A DNA stretch of 64,000 nucleotides from an uncultured Acidobacteriota bacterium (GCA_963832145.1 CAWHTA010000005.1:158477-222476), one strand, 5' to 3'. Shown: positions 20,013-30,172, numbered from the stretch's first letter. Numbers and translations are program-made. Notes: a model not told the origin generated them from the sequence alone.

Positions 20013-20207
20013 TTGACGGAACGAACGCCTTCCGAGCCCGATCCCGAGGCGGAAATCCCTTATCTGCGCTGCAAGGAGTGCGACACCCCCTGCTACGTGT
20101 TCGAGACGAACGCCGGCCGGGTCCGCGAGGCCCTCTGCATCGCGTGTGGCAACGACTCGATCACGCTCTTCACCGTGGGCAAGTGGGATGAAGATGACGA
20201 AGACTGA
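20013..20207 (+). CDS. Small zinc-ribbon protein (CxxC...CxxC), TTG start
   Basis: 64-aa ORF with YLRCKECDTPCYVFE...ALCIACGN and an acidic tail. It overlaps the purB start by about 20 nt. Only a TTG start is available. Confidence 0.4.
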   Translation: MTERTPSEPDPEAEIPYLRCKECDTPCYVFETNAGRVREALCIACGNDSITLFTVGKWDEDDED

Positions 20208-21624
20208 CTCCTGGTCGAGCCCGCTCGCGGGCCGCTACGCCTCCGAAGAGATGTCCCGCCTCTTCTCGGAGCGCCGCAAGTTCGAGACGTGGCGCCTCCT
20301 CTGGCTGTGGCTCGCGGAGGAGGAGAAGCGGCTCGGGCTCCCGATCGCCGAAGAGGCGATCTTGGAGATGCGCGAGCAGGTGACCCACATCGACTTCGAG
20401 GCCGCCGCGCGGGAGGAGGAGCGGAGCCGCCACGACGTGATGGCGCACGTCCGCACGTTCGGAAAGGCCGCTCCCGCCGCGCAGCGCATCATCCACTGGG
20501 GTGCGACATCGGCATACGTATCCGACAACGCCGATCTCATCGCCATCCGCGAGGGCCTCGGCCTGATCGAGCGGCGCCTCGTCGCGACGCTCCGGGCGCT
20601 TCGCGCCCTCGCGCTCGAGCACCGCGCGCTCCCCTCCCTCGCGTATACGCACTACCAGCCGGCGCAGCCGACCACGGTGGGCAAGCGGATGGCGCTTTGG
20701 GCCTACGACCTCCTGATGGACCTCGAGGAGGTCCGTCGCCGCCGGGAGAACCTCCGCTTCCTCGGCGCCAAGGGCGCGACCGGCACGCAGGCGTCGTTCC
20801 TCCGACTCTTCGACGGCGACTCGAAGCGGGTCGAGGAGCTCGACCGGGCGCTCGCGCGGCGCGCCGGATTTGCGAAGAGTCAGACGGTGTCCGGCCAGAC
20901 CTATTCGCGCAAGCAGGACGACTTCATCGTCCAGGCGCTGTCGGGGCTCGCGCAGTCGGCTCACAAGATCGGGACGGACCTGCGCCTGCTCCAGCACGAC
21001 GGCGAGATCGAGGAGCCGTTCGAGGAGACCCAGGTCGGCTCCTCCGCGATGCCTTACAAGCGGAACCCGATGCGGGCGGAGCGCATCTGCGCTCTTGCGC
21101 GCCACGTGATCGCCCTCTCGTTCGACACAGCGATGACAGCGGCCACCCAGTGGCTCGAGCGGAGCCTCGACGACTCCGCCAATCGGCGCATCTCTCTTCC
21201 CGAAGCGTTCCTCGCCTCCGACGCGGTGCTCGTCCTTCTCGAGAACGTCTTCTCGGGGCTCGTCGTCCACTCCGACGTCTCCCGGCGCCGCCTCGAGGCC
21301 GAGATCCCCTTCCTCGCGACCGAGAACGTCCTCATGGAAGCGGTGCGGCGCGGCGGCGACCGGCAGGAGCTCCACGAGCGCCTCCGCGTCCACGCCCGCG
21401 CCGCGGCCGAGCGGCGTTCCACCGACGGAGAGCCGGCGGACCTCTTCGACCGGATCGCGCAGGACCCGGTCTTCCGGCTCACCCGGGAAGACCTGGTCGA
21501 AGCCTCCCGGCCGGACCGTCTCGTGGGGCGCGCCGCTGAGCAGGTCGAAGCATTCGTCCGGGAGGAGCTCGACCCGGCGCTGGAGAACGTGGAGGCCGCC
21601 GAACCCGTGACGTTGAAGGTTTGA
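20188..21624 (+). CDS. purB: Adenylosuccinate lyase
   Basis: MKMTKTDSWSSPLAGRYASEEM..., GSSAMPYKRNP signature, full length. ATG 20188 or 20194. Confidence 0.9.
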   Translation: MKMTKTDSWSSPLAGRYASEEMSRLFSERRKFETWRLLWLWLAEEEKRLGLPIAEEAILEMREQVTHIDFEAAAREEERSRHDVMAHVRTFGKAAPAAQRIIHWGATSAYVSDNADLIAIREGLGLIERRLVATLRALRALALEHRALPSLAYTHYQPAQPTTVGKRMALWAYDLLMDLEEVRRRRENLRFLGAKGATGTQASFLRLFDGDSKRVEELDRALARRAGFAKSQTVSGQTYSRKQDDFIVQALSGLAQSAHKIGTDLRLLQHDGEIEEPFEETQVGSSAMPYKRNPMRAERICALARHVIALSFDTAMTAATQWLERSLDDSANRRISLPEAFLASDAVLVLLENVFSGLVVHSDVSRRRLEAEIPFLATENVLMEAVRRGGDRQELHERLRVHARAAAERRSTDGEPADLFDRIAQDPVFRLTREDLVEASRPDRLVGRAAEQVEAFVREELDPALENVEAAEPVTLKV

Positions 21625-22286
21625 AACCGGGGAACGCTCTCCGAGTCCTTCTCCTCCTCGCCGCTTTCGCTCCCCTGGCGGCCTGCGCGTCCCGGACCTC
21701 GCCCCGACCGGCCCCGATGCGGCAACCGCCCGCGACCGGGTGGACGGAGGAGGGTCTCGCGTCCTGGTACGGAGGGAAGGACGGATTCGAAGGAAAGCCG
21801 ACGGCTTCCGGCGAGATCTACGACTCGTCTCTCCTGACCGCCGCCCACCGCGAGCTCCCGCTCGGAACCGTCGTCGACGTGACGAACCTCGACAACGGAA
21901 AAACCGTTCGGGTGCGGATCAACGACCGCGGCCCCTTCGTCGCCGGACGAGTGATCGACCTCTCGCGCGCCGCCGCCCGGGAGATCGACCTCATCGGCCC
22001 GGGAGTCGGTCCGGTGCGGCTTTCGGTCGTCGTGCCGGGCCCCGACCAGGACCTCGTTTCGCCGTCGGGGCGCTGGGCGGTCCAGGTCGGATCGTTTGCC
22101 GACCGGCAGCGCGCGGAGCGCCACGCGGAAAAGGTGCGCGGTACGGGTCGCACCGTTTTCCTCGAGCCGTTCCGCGGCCTTTCCCGGGTAAAGGTGGGCC
22201 CCTTCGACAGCCGGGTCGAGGCCGAACGCGAGCTCGCCGCGCTCGAGGGCGACGGGTACGAGGGAATCGTCGTTCCCACGGATTGA
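21621..22286 (+). CDS. rlpA: Septal-ring lytic transglycosylase RlpA (DPBB + SPOR)
   Basis: TTG start overlapping the purB stop. Lipobox LAAC. GLASWYGGKDGFEGKPTASGEIYD...VRINDRGPF, and a C-terminal SPOR-like WAVQVGSF...VGPF. Confidence 0.85.
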   Translation: MKPGNALRVLLLLAAFAPLAACASRTSPRPAPMRQPPATGWTEEGLASWYGGKDGFEGKPTASGEIYDSSLLTAAHRELPLGTVVDVTNLDNGKTVRVRINDRGPFVAGRVIDLSRAAAREIDLIGPGVGPVRLSVVVPGPDQDLVSPSGRWAVQVGSFADRQRAERHAEKVRGTGRTVFLEPFRGLSRVKVGPFDSRVEAERELAALEGDGYEGIVVPTD

Positions 22287-22321
22287 CCGCGGAGCGGTCC
22301 GTCCTGACTGACCGCGCAGCG

Positions 22322-22370
22322 GTCATCCTGAGCGAAGCGAAGGATCCCCCGAAACGAAGGGAACTCCGGC
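22322..22370. repeat. Family A repeat, half copy
   Basis: gtcatcctgagcgaagcgaaggatcccccgaaacgaagg..., the left arm only. Confidence 0.6.
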
Positions 22371-22371
22371 C

Positions 22372-23271
22372 CTACTTCGCCTTCCTGTCCTCCATCTCCT
22401 CGAGCGTCTTCGGCCAGTCCTTTCGGAGCAACTGCGAGAGGGCGCGGTCGGCGAGGAGCTTCCCTCCCGTCTGGCAGTTCGGGCAGTAGTTCGACTCGTT
22501 CTCGGCGTACACGATCCGCTGCACCTCCGTCCCGCACACGGGGCACGGCTTGCCGAACCGTCCGTGGACGGCCATGCCCTCTCGAAAGGCCGTCACTTTT
22601 TCGGGGAACGCCTTTCGGGCCTGCGCCGTCAGCCGATTCGTCCACTCGCCGAGAACCGCCCGCGTCGCGGCGTCGAGGCGCGTGATCTCGTCGTCGCTCA
22701 GACGCGAGGTGAGCTTCGCCGGCGAGAGGCGCGCCCGGTGGAGGATCTCGTCGGAATACGCGTTTCCGATCCCCGAGAAGAGCCTCGGGTCGGTGAGCGC
22801 GCGCTTCACCGTGTGGTTCTCGAGCGTCAGAGCCGCGCGGAAGGATCCGGGATCCGCTTCGAGAACCTCCAGCCCGCCGCGAGAGTGCTCGGCGAGTCCT
22901 TCCCGGCCCCGCACGAGGTGCAGGCCGGCGCGCTTCTTCGAGCCCGCCTCCGTCAGGAGAAGGACACCTCCCGGGAAATCCAACGCGGCGAGGGACGTCC
23001 GGCCGGCGAGTCGATGCCCGGCGCCCTTCCAGTGGAGCCGCCCCGCGATCATCAGGTGCAGCACGAGAAAGAGATCGCCGTCGAGCTCGAAGACGATCCG
23101 CTTGCCGAGCCGCGACACTCTCCGCACGGTCTTCCCCTCCACTGCGGCGATCGGTGGATCGAACGTCCGCAGGAGGAAAGGGCTCGCGATCCGGACCGCG
23201 AGGAGCGGCTTTCCGACGACGCGAGGCTCGAGAGCGACGAGGTAGGCGGCTATGTCGGGCAGCTCCGGCAC
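22372..23271 (-). CDS. Fpg/Nei-family DNA glycosylase/AP lyase
   Basis: GTG at 23271 gives VPELPDIAAY (the N-terminal PELPE-type catalytic Pro). H2TH region FSGIGNAYSDEILHRARLSP. C-terminal zinc finger CPVCGTEV...YCPNCQ. Confidence 0.85.
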   Translation of the reverse strand: MPELPDIAAYLVALEPRVVGKPLLAVRIASPFLLRTFDPPIAAVEGKTVRRVSRLGKRIVFELDGDLFLVLHLMIAGRLHWKGAGHRLAGRTSLAALDFPGGVLLLTEAGSKKRAGLHLVRGREGLAEHSRGGLEVLEADPGSFRAALTLENHTVKRALTDPRLFSGIGNAYSDEILHRARLSPAKLTSRLSDDEITRLDAATRAVLGEWTNRLTAQARKAFPEKVTAFREGMAVHGRFGKPCPVCGTEVQRIVYAENESNYCPNCQTGGKLLADRALSQLLRKDWPKTLEEMEDRKAK

Positions 23272-23347
23272 GGGGAGTGAGCGTAGCGGAATCGCCTGAA
23301 CGGAATCGCGAAACCGACCGGACGGGGGTACCGTAGTTGGAACGAGC

Positions 23348-25705
23348 ATGTCCCTGATCGGTCGCTACATGCACTGGCTCCACACGATGTGGCCCGCGGG
23401 CACCGTGGAGAAGCTCCCGGAGATGCGGGAGGACGGAACGACGGCGGTCCCCGGAGTCCGCATCGTCGGCGACCTGACCGGCATACCGCTCCTCAAGTTC
23501 TCGTCGGACTCCGGAGCGAAAGCCGTGAAAGCGATCCTCGCCGAGCCCGGTTTCACCCGCGGCCGCGACGCGTCCGGCGAAACGCTCGACGTCGCGATCG
23601 TGGGGGGCGGCGTATCGGGCGTCGCCGCGGCAATCGAAGCGAAGAAGGCCGGTCTCACGTTCCGGGTGTTCGAAGCGAGCGAGCCGTTCTCGACAGTCGC
23701 GAACTTTCCGAAGGGCAAGCCCATCTTCACCTACCCGACCGGGATGACGCCGACGGGCGACCTCCAGTTCCGTTCCGAGGTGCACCCGAAGGAGGCGCTC
23801 CTCGAGGACCTGGAGAACTACCGGCGCTCCGCCGGCGTCCCCGTGACGATCGCCCGGATCGAGAAGATCGAGCGGAAGGGGGCCGACCTCCTCCTGCACC
23901 ACGGCGACGGGAAGACCGTGACGAAATCGCGCCGCGCGATCGTCGCGATCGGGAGGAGCGGAAACCATCGGCGGCTCGGGGTGCCGGGCGAAGACTCCGG
24001 CAACGTCTACAACCGCCTCTACGACCCGAAGGAGTTCACGGGAAAGAGAGCGCTCGTCGTCGGCGGAGGCGACTCCGCCCTCGAGACCGCCGTCGCGCTC
24101 GCGAGCTCGGGAGCCCACGTCGTCCTCTCGTATCGCGGAAAGGAGTTCTCGCGGCCGAAGCCGGAAAACGTCCAGAAGCTCCGGGTCCTCGAACGAAACC
24201 CGATGGCGTCGGTCGCGATCGAGGAGCCGAGCTCCGAGCGGGTGACGACCGCGACGGGCGACTTCATGGAGGCGGCCGGCCACCATCCTCCGGGCTCCGT
24301 GCGGGTCGCGCTCGGCACGGAGGTCGTCCGCATCGAGCCGGGTCAGGTCGTTCTCCGGGACGAAAACGGCGCCGAGTCGGTGATCGCCAACGACGTCGTG
24401 TTCACGATGCTCGGACGCGAGGCCCCGCTCGACTTCTTCCGCCGCTCGCAGATCCCCATTCGGGGCGAGTGGAAGACGACGACCTGGCTCGCGTTCACGG
24501 CGTTCTTTCTCTTCTGCGTCTTCCTCTACAACTGGAAGGCGGGCGGAGACCTGAACCGCTGGTTCCAGGAGCACCGACTCTTTCCGTACAACGTCGAGTC
24601 GCCCGCGTCCCCCTCGCCGCTTTCCCGCACGCTCGCGATTTCCATCCGAGACCCGGGGTTCTACTACTCGATCGCCTACTCGCTCGCGATACTGCTCTTC
24701 GGAATCCAGCGTATCCGGCGACGCCGCACGCCTTACATCACCCTCCAGACCGCTGCTCTGACCGCGATCCAGCTCGTTCCGCTCTTCCTGCTTCCGTTCC
24801 TGGTCCTCCCGCTCCTCGGACACATCGGGGTCTTCGACGCGGGTTTCGGAAAGACGTTTGCGGACAACCTCTTTCCCGCCACGGACTCCGGACACGGGCG
24901 CGAGTACTGGCGCGCGTTCGGCTTCATCCTCGCGTGGCCCCTCTTCATCTGGAACGTCTTTTCACCGCGGCCTCTCGCGTGGTGGCTGGTGATCGCGTTC
25001 ATCCAGACGTTCGTTCTCATCCCGCTCATCATTCGCCGCTGGGGCAAGGGGGCTTACTGCGGCTGGATCTGCTCGTGCGGGGCGCTCGCGGAGACGATGG
25101 GGGACGCACACCGCCAGAAGATGCCGCACGGCCCGATCTGGAACCGCGTCAACATGACGGGGCAGGTCATCCTCGGCCTTGCGTTCCTGCTGTTCCTCGG
25201 GCGCGCGGTCTCCTGGACGTGGCCGGATTCCCGCGTGGGAAGGGTCGCCGGGAAGTTCTACGAAGGGCTTCTGTCGAACTGGTCCCTCCTCGGCGTGGAG
25301 TTGAACTACTACCACGTCGTCGACATGTTCCTCGCCGGGATCGTCGGCGTCGGGACGTACTTCTGGTTTTCCGGGCGCGTGTGGTGCCGGTTCGCGTGCC
25401 CGCTCGCGGCCCTCATGAACATCTACACGCGCTTCTCGCGGTTCCGGATCTTCGCCGAGAAGGAAAAGTGCATTTCCTGCAACGTGTGCACGTCCGTCTG
25501 CCACCAGGGAATCGACGTCATGAACTTCGCCAACAAGGGGCTTCCGATGGAGGACCCGCAGTGCGTCCGCTGTTCCGCGTGCGTGCAGTCGTGTCCGACG
25601 GGAGTGCTGTCGTTCGGCCGTTATGGGACGAACGGCCTCCCGGTTTACGACCGGACGGCCGCGTCGCCCGTCCGGATGAGGGAAGGCGGTCCGGTCTCTA
25701 CCTGA
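23348..25705 (+). CDS. FAD/NAD(P)-binding oxidoreductase fused to a membrane polyferredoxin (4Fe-4S) domain
   Basis: 785-aa intact ORF. DVAIVGGGVSGVAAA and ALVVGGGDSALE Rossmann motifs. Multiple TM helices. Cys clusters CGWICSCGA, CRFACPLAA, CISCNVCTSVC and CVRCSACVQSCP. Confidence 0.8.
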   Translation: MSLIGRYMHWLHTMWPAGTVEKLPEMREDGTTAVPGVRIVGDLTGIPLLKFSSDSGAKAVKAILAEPGFTRGRDASGETLDVAIVGGGVSGVAAAIEAKKAGLTFRVFEASEPFSTVANFPKGKPIFTYPTGMTPTGDLQFRSEVHPKEALLEDLENYRRSAGVPVTIARIEKIERKGADLLLHHGDGKTVTKSRRAIVAIGRSGNHRRLGVPGEDSGNVYNRLYDPKEFTGKRALVVGGGDSALETAVALASSGAHVVLSYRGKEFSRPKPENVQKLRVLERNPMASVAIEEPSSERVTTATGDFMEAAGHHPPGSVRVALGTEVVRIEPGQVVLRDENGAESVIANDVVFTMLGREAPLDFFRRSQIPIRGEWKTTTWLAFTAFFLFCVFLYNWKAGGDLNRWFQEHRLFPYNVESPASPSPLSRTLAISIRDPGFYYSIAYSLAILLFGIQRIRRRRTPYITLQTAALTAIQLVPLFLLPFLVLPLLGHIGVFDAGFGKTFADNLFPATDSGHGREYWRAFGFILAWPLFIWNVFSPRPLAWWLVIAFIQTFVLIPLIIRRWGKGAYCGWICSCGALAETMGDAHRQKMPHGPIWNRVNMTGQVILGLAFLLFLGRAVSWTWPDSRVGRVAGKFYEGLLSNWSLLGVELNYYHVVDMFLAGIVGVGTYFWFSGRVWCRFACPLAALMNIYTRFSRFRIFAEKEKCISCNVCTSVCHQGIDVMNFANKGLPMEDPQCVRCSACVQSCPTGVLSFGRYGTNGLPVYDRTAASPVRMREGGPVST

Positions 25706-25856
25706 CCCCGTCCGGCGAGAATCCTCGTCATCAGCCTCGCAGCAGGAAGAACGCGCCGGCGGCGACGTGACGGAAGGGGGTCAGGTCTCCATCTGACACT
25801 TTCCGACGAGATTCTTGTCAGCAGCCTCGAAGCAGGAAGAACGCGCCGGCGGCGAC
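25687..25856. repeat. Degenerate tandem duplication (~80-bp unit x2, ~89-bp period) containing a family B hairpin and the kinase 3' end
   Basis: Unit 1 is 25687-25766 and unit 2 is 25776-25856. The last 36 nt are nearly identical (cagcctcg[c/a]agcaggaagaacgcgccggcggcgac). The first ~45 nt are about 80% identical. Confidence 0.7.
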
Positions 25857-26804
25857 CAGAAGAAGTAATCCGGTGACGAGTGCGATCGAGCGCTTCGGAC
25901 CCGGACCGGGCAAAGGTTGGTCCGACGGCTCTGGCGCATCCGGGCGGGACGGGGGAAAGCTCTCGCGAATCCGCTCGAGATCCCGGGCGAGCTCGCCCGC
26001 CGATCCGTAGCGGTCCTCCGGATTTTTCGCGAGCGCGCGCCCGACGACGCGCGACAGCTCGGCGGCGGCGCCCTCGGCCGGGAGGTCGAGCGGCGGCGGG
26101 TCCTCGCGCAGGATCGCGTTGAAGGTATCGACCGGGTTCGTGCGCTGGAAGGGGTTCGATCCCGACAGCATCTCGTGGAGCACGACGCCGAGCGCGAAGA
26201 CGTCGGAGCGCCCATCGGCCTTTCCGCCCTTGAGCTGCTCGGGCGAAAGATAGCCCGCCGTGCCGATGATCATCCCGGTCGCCGTGCGGGCGAAGTCGGC
26301 AGCGTCACCCGAAGCCGCCCCGGGCCGAAAGAGCCGCGCGAGGCCGAAGTCGAGGATCTTGACGACTCCGTCCCGCCGGACCATCAGGTTCTCGGGCTTG
26401 ACGTCGCGATGGGCGATTCCGGCGGCGTGCGCGTGGCCGATCCCGGACGCGGCCTGGGTCGCGAGATCGACAGCCCGCGCGACAGGGATCTTCCCCTCCG
26501 CGAGAAGCGTCCTCACCGTCTCCCCGTCGACGAACTCCGTGACGAGGTAAGGCCCTTCCTCGCTCTCGCCGATGTCGAGAATCGCGAGGATGTTCGGGTG
26601 AACAAGCCCGGAGGCGGCGCGGGCTTCCGTCGCGAAGCGTTTTATCCGATCGGGATCCCCCGTCGAATCGCGGGACAGGACCTTGATCGCGACGTCGGTC
26701 TCGTTGCGGGTATCGCGGCCGCGCCAGACTTCACCCATTCCTCCTCCGCCCAGCCGGAAGAGAACCTGGTAGTGACCAATAGTGCTGCCGCGCGAGATCA
26801 ACAT
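25818..26804 (-). CDS. Ser/Thr protein kinase with C-terminal TM anchor
   Basis: 328-aa intact ORF. LGGGGMGEVWRG...AIK, HRDVKPENL, DFGLAR, GTAGYLSPEQ. C-terminal IALVTGLLLLVAAGAFFLL. Confidence 0.85.
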   Translation of the reverse strand: MLISRGSTIGHYQVLFRLGGGGMGEVWRGRDTRNETDVAIKVLSRDSTGDPDRIKRFATEARAASGLVHPNILAILDIGESEEGPYLVTEFVDGETVRTLLAEGKIPVARAVDLATQAASGIGHAHAAGIAHRDVKPENLMVRRDGVVKILDFGLARLFRPGAASGDAADFARTATGMIIGTAGYLSPEQLKGGKADGRSDVFALGVVLHEMLSGSNPFQRTNPVDTFNAILREDPPPLDLPAEGAAAELSRVVGRALAKNPEDRYGSAGELARDLERIRESFPPSRPDAPEPSDQPLPGPGPKRSIALVTGLLLLVAAGAFFLLRGC

Positions 26805-26814
26805 CCGGTTCGGA

Positions 26815-27888
26815 TCACGCCAGTTCGGCCGGAGGCTCGTGTGACAGCCGCTCGCGCTTCCCCTTCCGCGAGAGGGCGAGGGAGATGAGCTCGTCCAGGA
26901 GCTCGCGGAGCGGGACTCCGCTCGCCTCCCAAAGCTTCGGGTACATCGAGATGGCCGTGAATCCGGGAAGCGTGTTCAGCTCGTTGACGAGAACCCGATC
27001 GGTCCCCCGCTCGAGGAAGAAGTCGACGCGCGCCATCCCGGAAATTCCGGCCAGGAGAAAGGACTCGACCGCGAGGCGCCGGACCTCGTCGGCGACGGCC
27101 TCCGGCACCTCGGCGGGGATCACGAGCCTCGCCTTGTCGTCGCGGTACTTGTCGTCGTAGTCGTAGAACTCCCGGGCCGGGACGATCTCGCCCACGACCG
27201 AGGCGCGCGGCGCCTCGTCGCCGAGCACCGCGCACTCGAGCTCTCGCGCGTCGATTCCCTCCTCAACGAGAGCGCGTTCGTCGTAACGAAATGCCACGTC
27301 GAGCGCCGAGTCGAGAAGAGCGAGGTCCTTCACCTTCGTCACGCCGACGGACGATCCTCCCGTCGCCGGCTTCACGAACAGCGGCAGAGGAAGTCGCGCA
27401 ACCAGTTCCCGGGCCCTACCGCCCCGCTCGGACGGGCGGATCACGACGGACCGCGGCGTGGGGATGCCCGCGCCGTTCAACAGCGCCTTGAACACCGGCT
27501 TGTCCATGCCGATCGCGGAGCCGGTCACGCCCGCGCCGACGTAGGGAATGCCGAGGAAATCGAGGAACCCCTGGAGCGTCCCGTCCTCGCCTGTCGTCCC
27601 GTGGATGATCGGAAAGACGACGTCGGCGCGCCCCGGCGCGATCTCGACGGGCACGAGTGCTTCACCCGCCGGCTCCGCCCGCCGGAAGCGCTCGGGAACC
27701 GGCCCTTCAGCGAGGAGTCGCGTCGAGTCGGCGGCGGAGAGGAATCGGCCGTTCTCACCGACAGCGAGCGGGATCACGTCGAACTTCGATCGGTCGAGCG
27801 CCTGGACGATCGTCCGCGCCGAGACCCGCGAGACTTCCCGCTCGACCGATCGACCGCCGTAGAGGACGACGACTCGGAGGCGCGTCAC
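26815..27888 (-). CDS. ddl: D-alanine--D-alanine ligase
   Basis: 357-aa ORF. VLYGGRSVEREVS, HGTTGEDGTLQGFLD, FVKPATGGSSVG, NELNTLPGFT. Confidence 0.9.
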   Translation of the reverse strand: MTRLRVVVLYGGRSVEREVSRVSARTIVQALDRSKFDVIPLAVGENGRFLSAADSTRLLAEGPVPERFRRAEPAGEALVPVEIAPGRADVVFPIIHGTTGEDGTLQGFLDFLGIPYVGAGVTGSAIGMDKPVFKALLNGAGIPTPRSVVIRPSERGGRARELVARLPLPLFVKPATGGSSVGVTKVKDLALLDSALDVAFRYDERALVEEGIDARELECAVLGDEAPRASVVGEIVPAREFYDYDDKYRDDKARLVIPAEVPEAVADEVRRLAVESFLLAGISGMARVDFFLERGTDRVLVNELNTLPGFTAISMYPKLWEASGVPLRELLDELISLALSRKGKRERLSHEPPAELA

Positions 27889-27892
27889 CGCC

Positions 27893-29471
27893 TCACCACG
27901 TCACCACGCGCACTTCGCGCACACCGGGCGCTTCCCGCAACCGCGAGAGGACGGCGGACGCCGGCACGGTATCGACCGCGATGACCGCTGCCGCGAGCTC
28001 CCCCACTCCCCGCGCGAGTGAGAAGTCGGCGATGTTGATTCCCGCGTCGCCGAGGATCTTCCCGACGCTCCCGACGACGCCCGGTACGTCTTCGTTGCGG
28101 AGGAAGACGATCGTCCCCTCCGGCCGGAACTCCAGGGGCCGGCCGTCCACTTCGACGACCCTCGCGTCGAGCCCGGAGAAGAGGGTCGCGTCGGCGCGGG
28201 TCTGCGACCGGCCGTCGGACAGGGTGACTCGGATCGAGCGCGCGTAGTTTCCCGGATCCTCGTGGCGCGTCTCGACGACAGCGAGACCCCTCTCGCGGGC
28301 GACGTGGAGCGCGTTGACGAAGTTCACCGTCTCGGGAGTGTGGGTTTCGAGAGCTCCCTTCGCCGCGGCGACCGCGACGGGGCGGAGAAAGTCCTCGGGA
28401 AGGCCCCACGTTTCGACGGACAGGGTGCGCAGCCGCTCGCCCGCGACGCAGGAGAGAAAACGGCCGGTGCGCTCGGCGAGGTGCATCCACGCGGCTGCTC
28501 CGCCGGCGTCCTTGGGGCCCCGGAACGGCAGGTTCACGGCGGGAACGTACGACGCGCCCGCGAGCGCTTCGGCGACGGCCTCCGCCGTCTGGAGCGAAAC
28601 GCGCTCCTGGGCCTCGACGGTCGACGCCCCGAGGTGCGGTGTCGCGACGACGTTGGGAAGTTTCAGGATCGGGTCGTTCGGATCGGGGGGCTCGGGATCG
28701 AACACGTCGAGCGCCGCACCCGCGAGATGACCGGAGACGAGCGCGTCGTGCAGCGCGGCGCGGTCGACGAGACTTCCGCGCGCGACGTTGACGAGATAGG
28801 CCCCGCGCTTCATCCGACCGAGCTCGGCGGAGCCGAGGAGCGGCTTGCCCCCTTCGGTCGCTGTCGCGTGGAGCGTGACCACGTCGGACCCGGAGAGCAG
28901 CTCGTCGAGCGAGACGAGCGCGACGCCCATCTCGCGCGCTTTCTCGACCGGCAGGTAGGGATCGTGGCCGAGGAGGCGTGCCTCGAACGACCGCGCGCGG
29001 GAGGCGACGCGGGAGCCGACCTGACCGAGCCCGATGATTCCGAGCGTCTTGCCGGCGAGCTCCGAGCCGACGAACTTCGACTTCTCCCACTTGCCGGAGG
29101 CGAGCGATGCCGACGCTTCGGTCACGCGCCGCAGAAGAGCGAGCAGCACGCGCAAACGTGTGCTCGACGGCCGACACGACGTTGCCGGTCGGGGCGTTGA
29201 TGACGAGAACTCCCCGCGCCGACGCCGCTGTGACGTCGACGTTGTCGACGCCGACACCCGCCCGGCCGACGACGGCGAGCCGCGGGGCGGCGGCGAGGAG
29301 CTCCGCATCGACCTTCGTGCGGCTCCGCACGAGGAGCGCATCGGCATCGGCCAGTTGCTCGAGAAGCTGTTCACGGGTTGCGTCCGCGAGCACGACGACC
29401 TCGTGTCCGGCGTTGCGGAGGACCTCGAGTCCCGCTGGGGAAAGCTCTTCGGCGACGACGACGCGGCTCAC
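27893..29471 (-). CDS. serA: D-3-phosphoglycerate dehydrogenase; one frameshift near 29150
   Basis: The N-terminus is in ORF 27885..29471 (...VINAPTGNVVSAVEHTFA) and the rest is in ORF 27893..29374 (LLALLRR...GKTLGIIGLGQVGSRVA...ATPHLGAST... then an ACT domain). Removing one g in gcgcgtgctg restores the frame. Confidence 0.85.
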
Positions 29472-29480
29472 CCCGGGATC

Positions 29481-30167
29481 TTAGCCCGCCCGTTCCGTGC
29501 CGGCGGAGGACGCTGTCTTTACACTCGCCTCGACGGCGCGGGAGATCCAGTCGGGCAGCTCGGCGAGACGTGTGAGGTGCGCGTTCGCCTCGACGAGCGC
29601 GAGCTCCGCAGCCGAGCGGGACCCTCCGGGGATGAGGACGGCGCGACACCCGGCCGCGCTCGCCATCTCGGCGTCGATCTCCATGTCTCCGACGACGACA
29701 GTCTCGTCGGGAGCGGCGTCGGCCTCCTCCATCAGCCGAAGCAGCATCGTCGGGTCCGGCTTCGGAGGAGTCTCCGCATCCGGTCCGGCGATCGCACGAA
29801 ACCTCTCCGCGACTCCCTTCGACTCGAGGATGCGGCGCGAGAAGTGGGCCGGCTTGTTCGAGGCCACGGACATCGCGTGACCCTCCGCGGCGAGGCGCGC
29901 CAGGACCGCGGGGACGTCCGGCAGGAGGGCCGTCTTCTCGTGGAAAACGATCGCGTACCGCTCGCGGAACAGCGCCACGCCGCGCGGCACGCGCTCCGCG
30001 CCGACCGCCTTCTCGAGGAGCCGCTCGAGGCCCTGGCCGACCATCCCGCGGACCTGTTCCTCGGGAAGCGGCTCGATCCCGAGGGTTTCCATCGCGAAGC
30101 CGAGGGCGTCGGTGATGCCGGCGTAGCCGTCGATCAGGGTCCCGTCCAGGTCGAAGACGATGAACAT
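29481..30167 (-). CDS. HAD-family hydrolase (phosphoglycolate phosphatase-like)
   Basis: MFIVFDLDGTLIDG motif I, SNKP motif II, and VVGDMEIDAEMA motif IV. Confidence 0.8.
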   Translation of the reverse strand: MFIVFDLDGTLIDGYAGITDALGFAMETLGIEPLPEEQVRGMVGQGLERLLEKAVGAERVPRGVALFRERYAIVFHEKTALLPDVPAVLARLAAEGHAMSVASNKPAHFSRRILESKGVAERFRAIAGPDAETPPKPDPTMLLRLMEEADAAPDETVVVGDMEIDAEMASAAGCRAVLIPGGSRSAAELALVEANAHLTRLAELPDWISRAVEASVKTASSAGTERAG

Positions 30168-30172
30168 GAATG

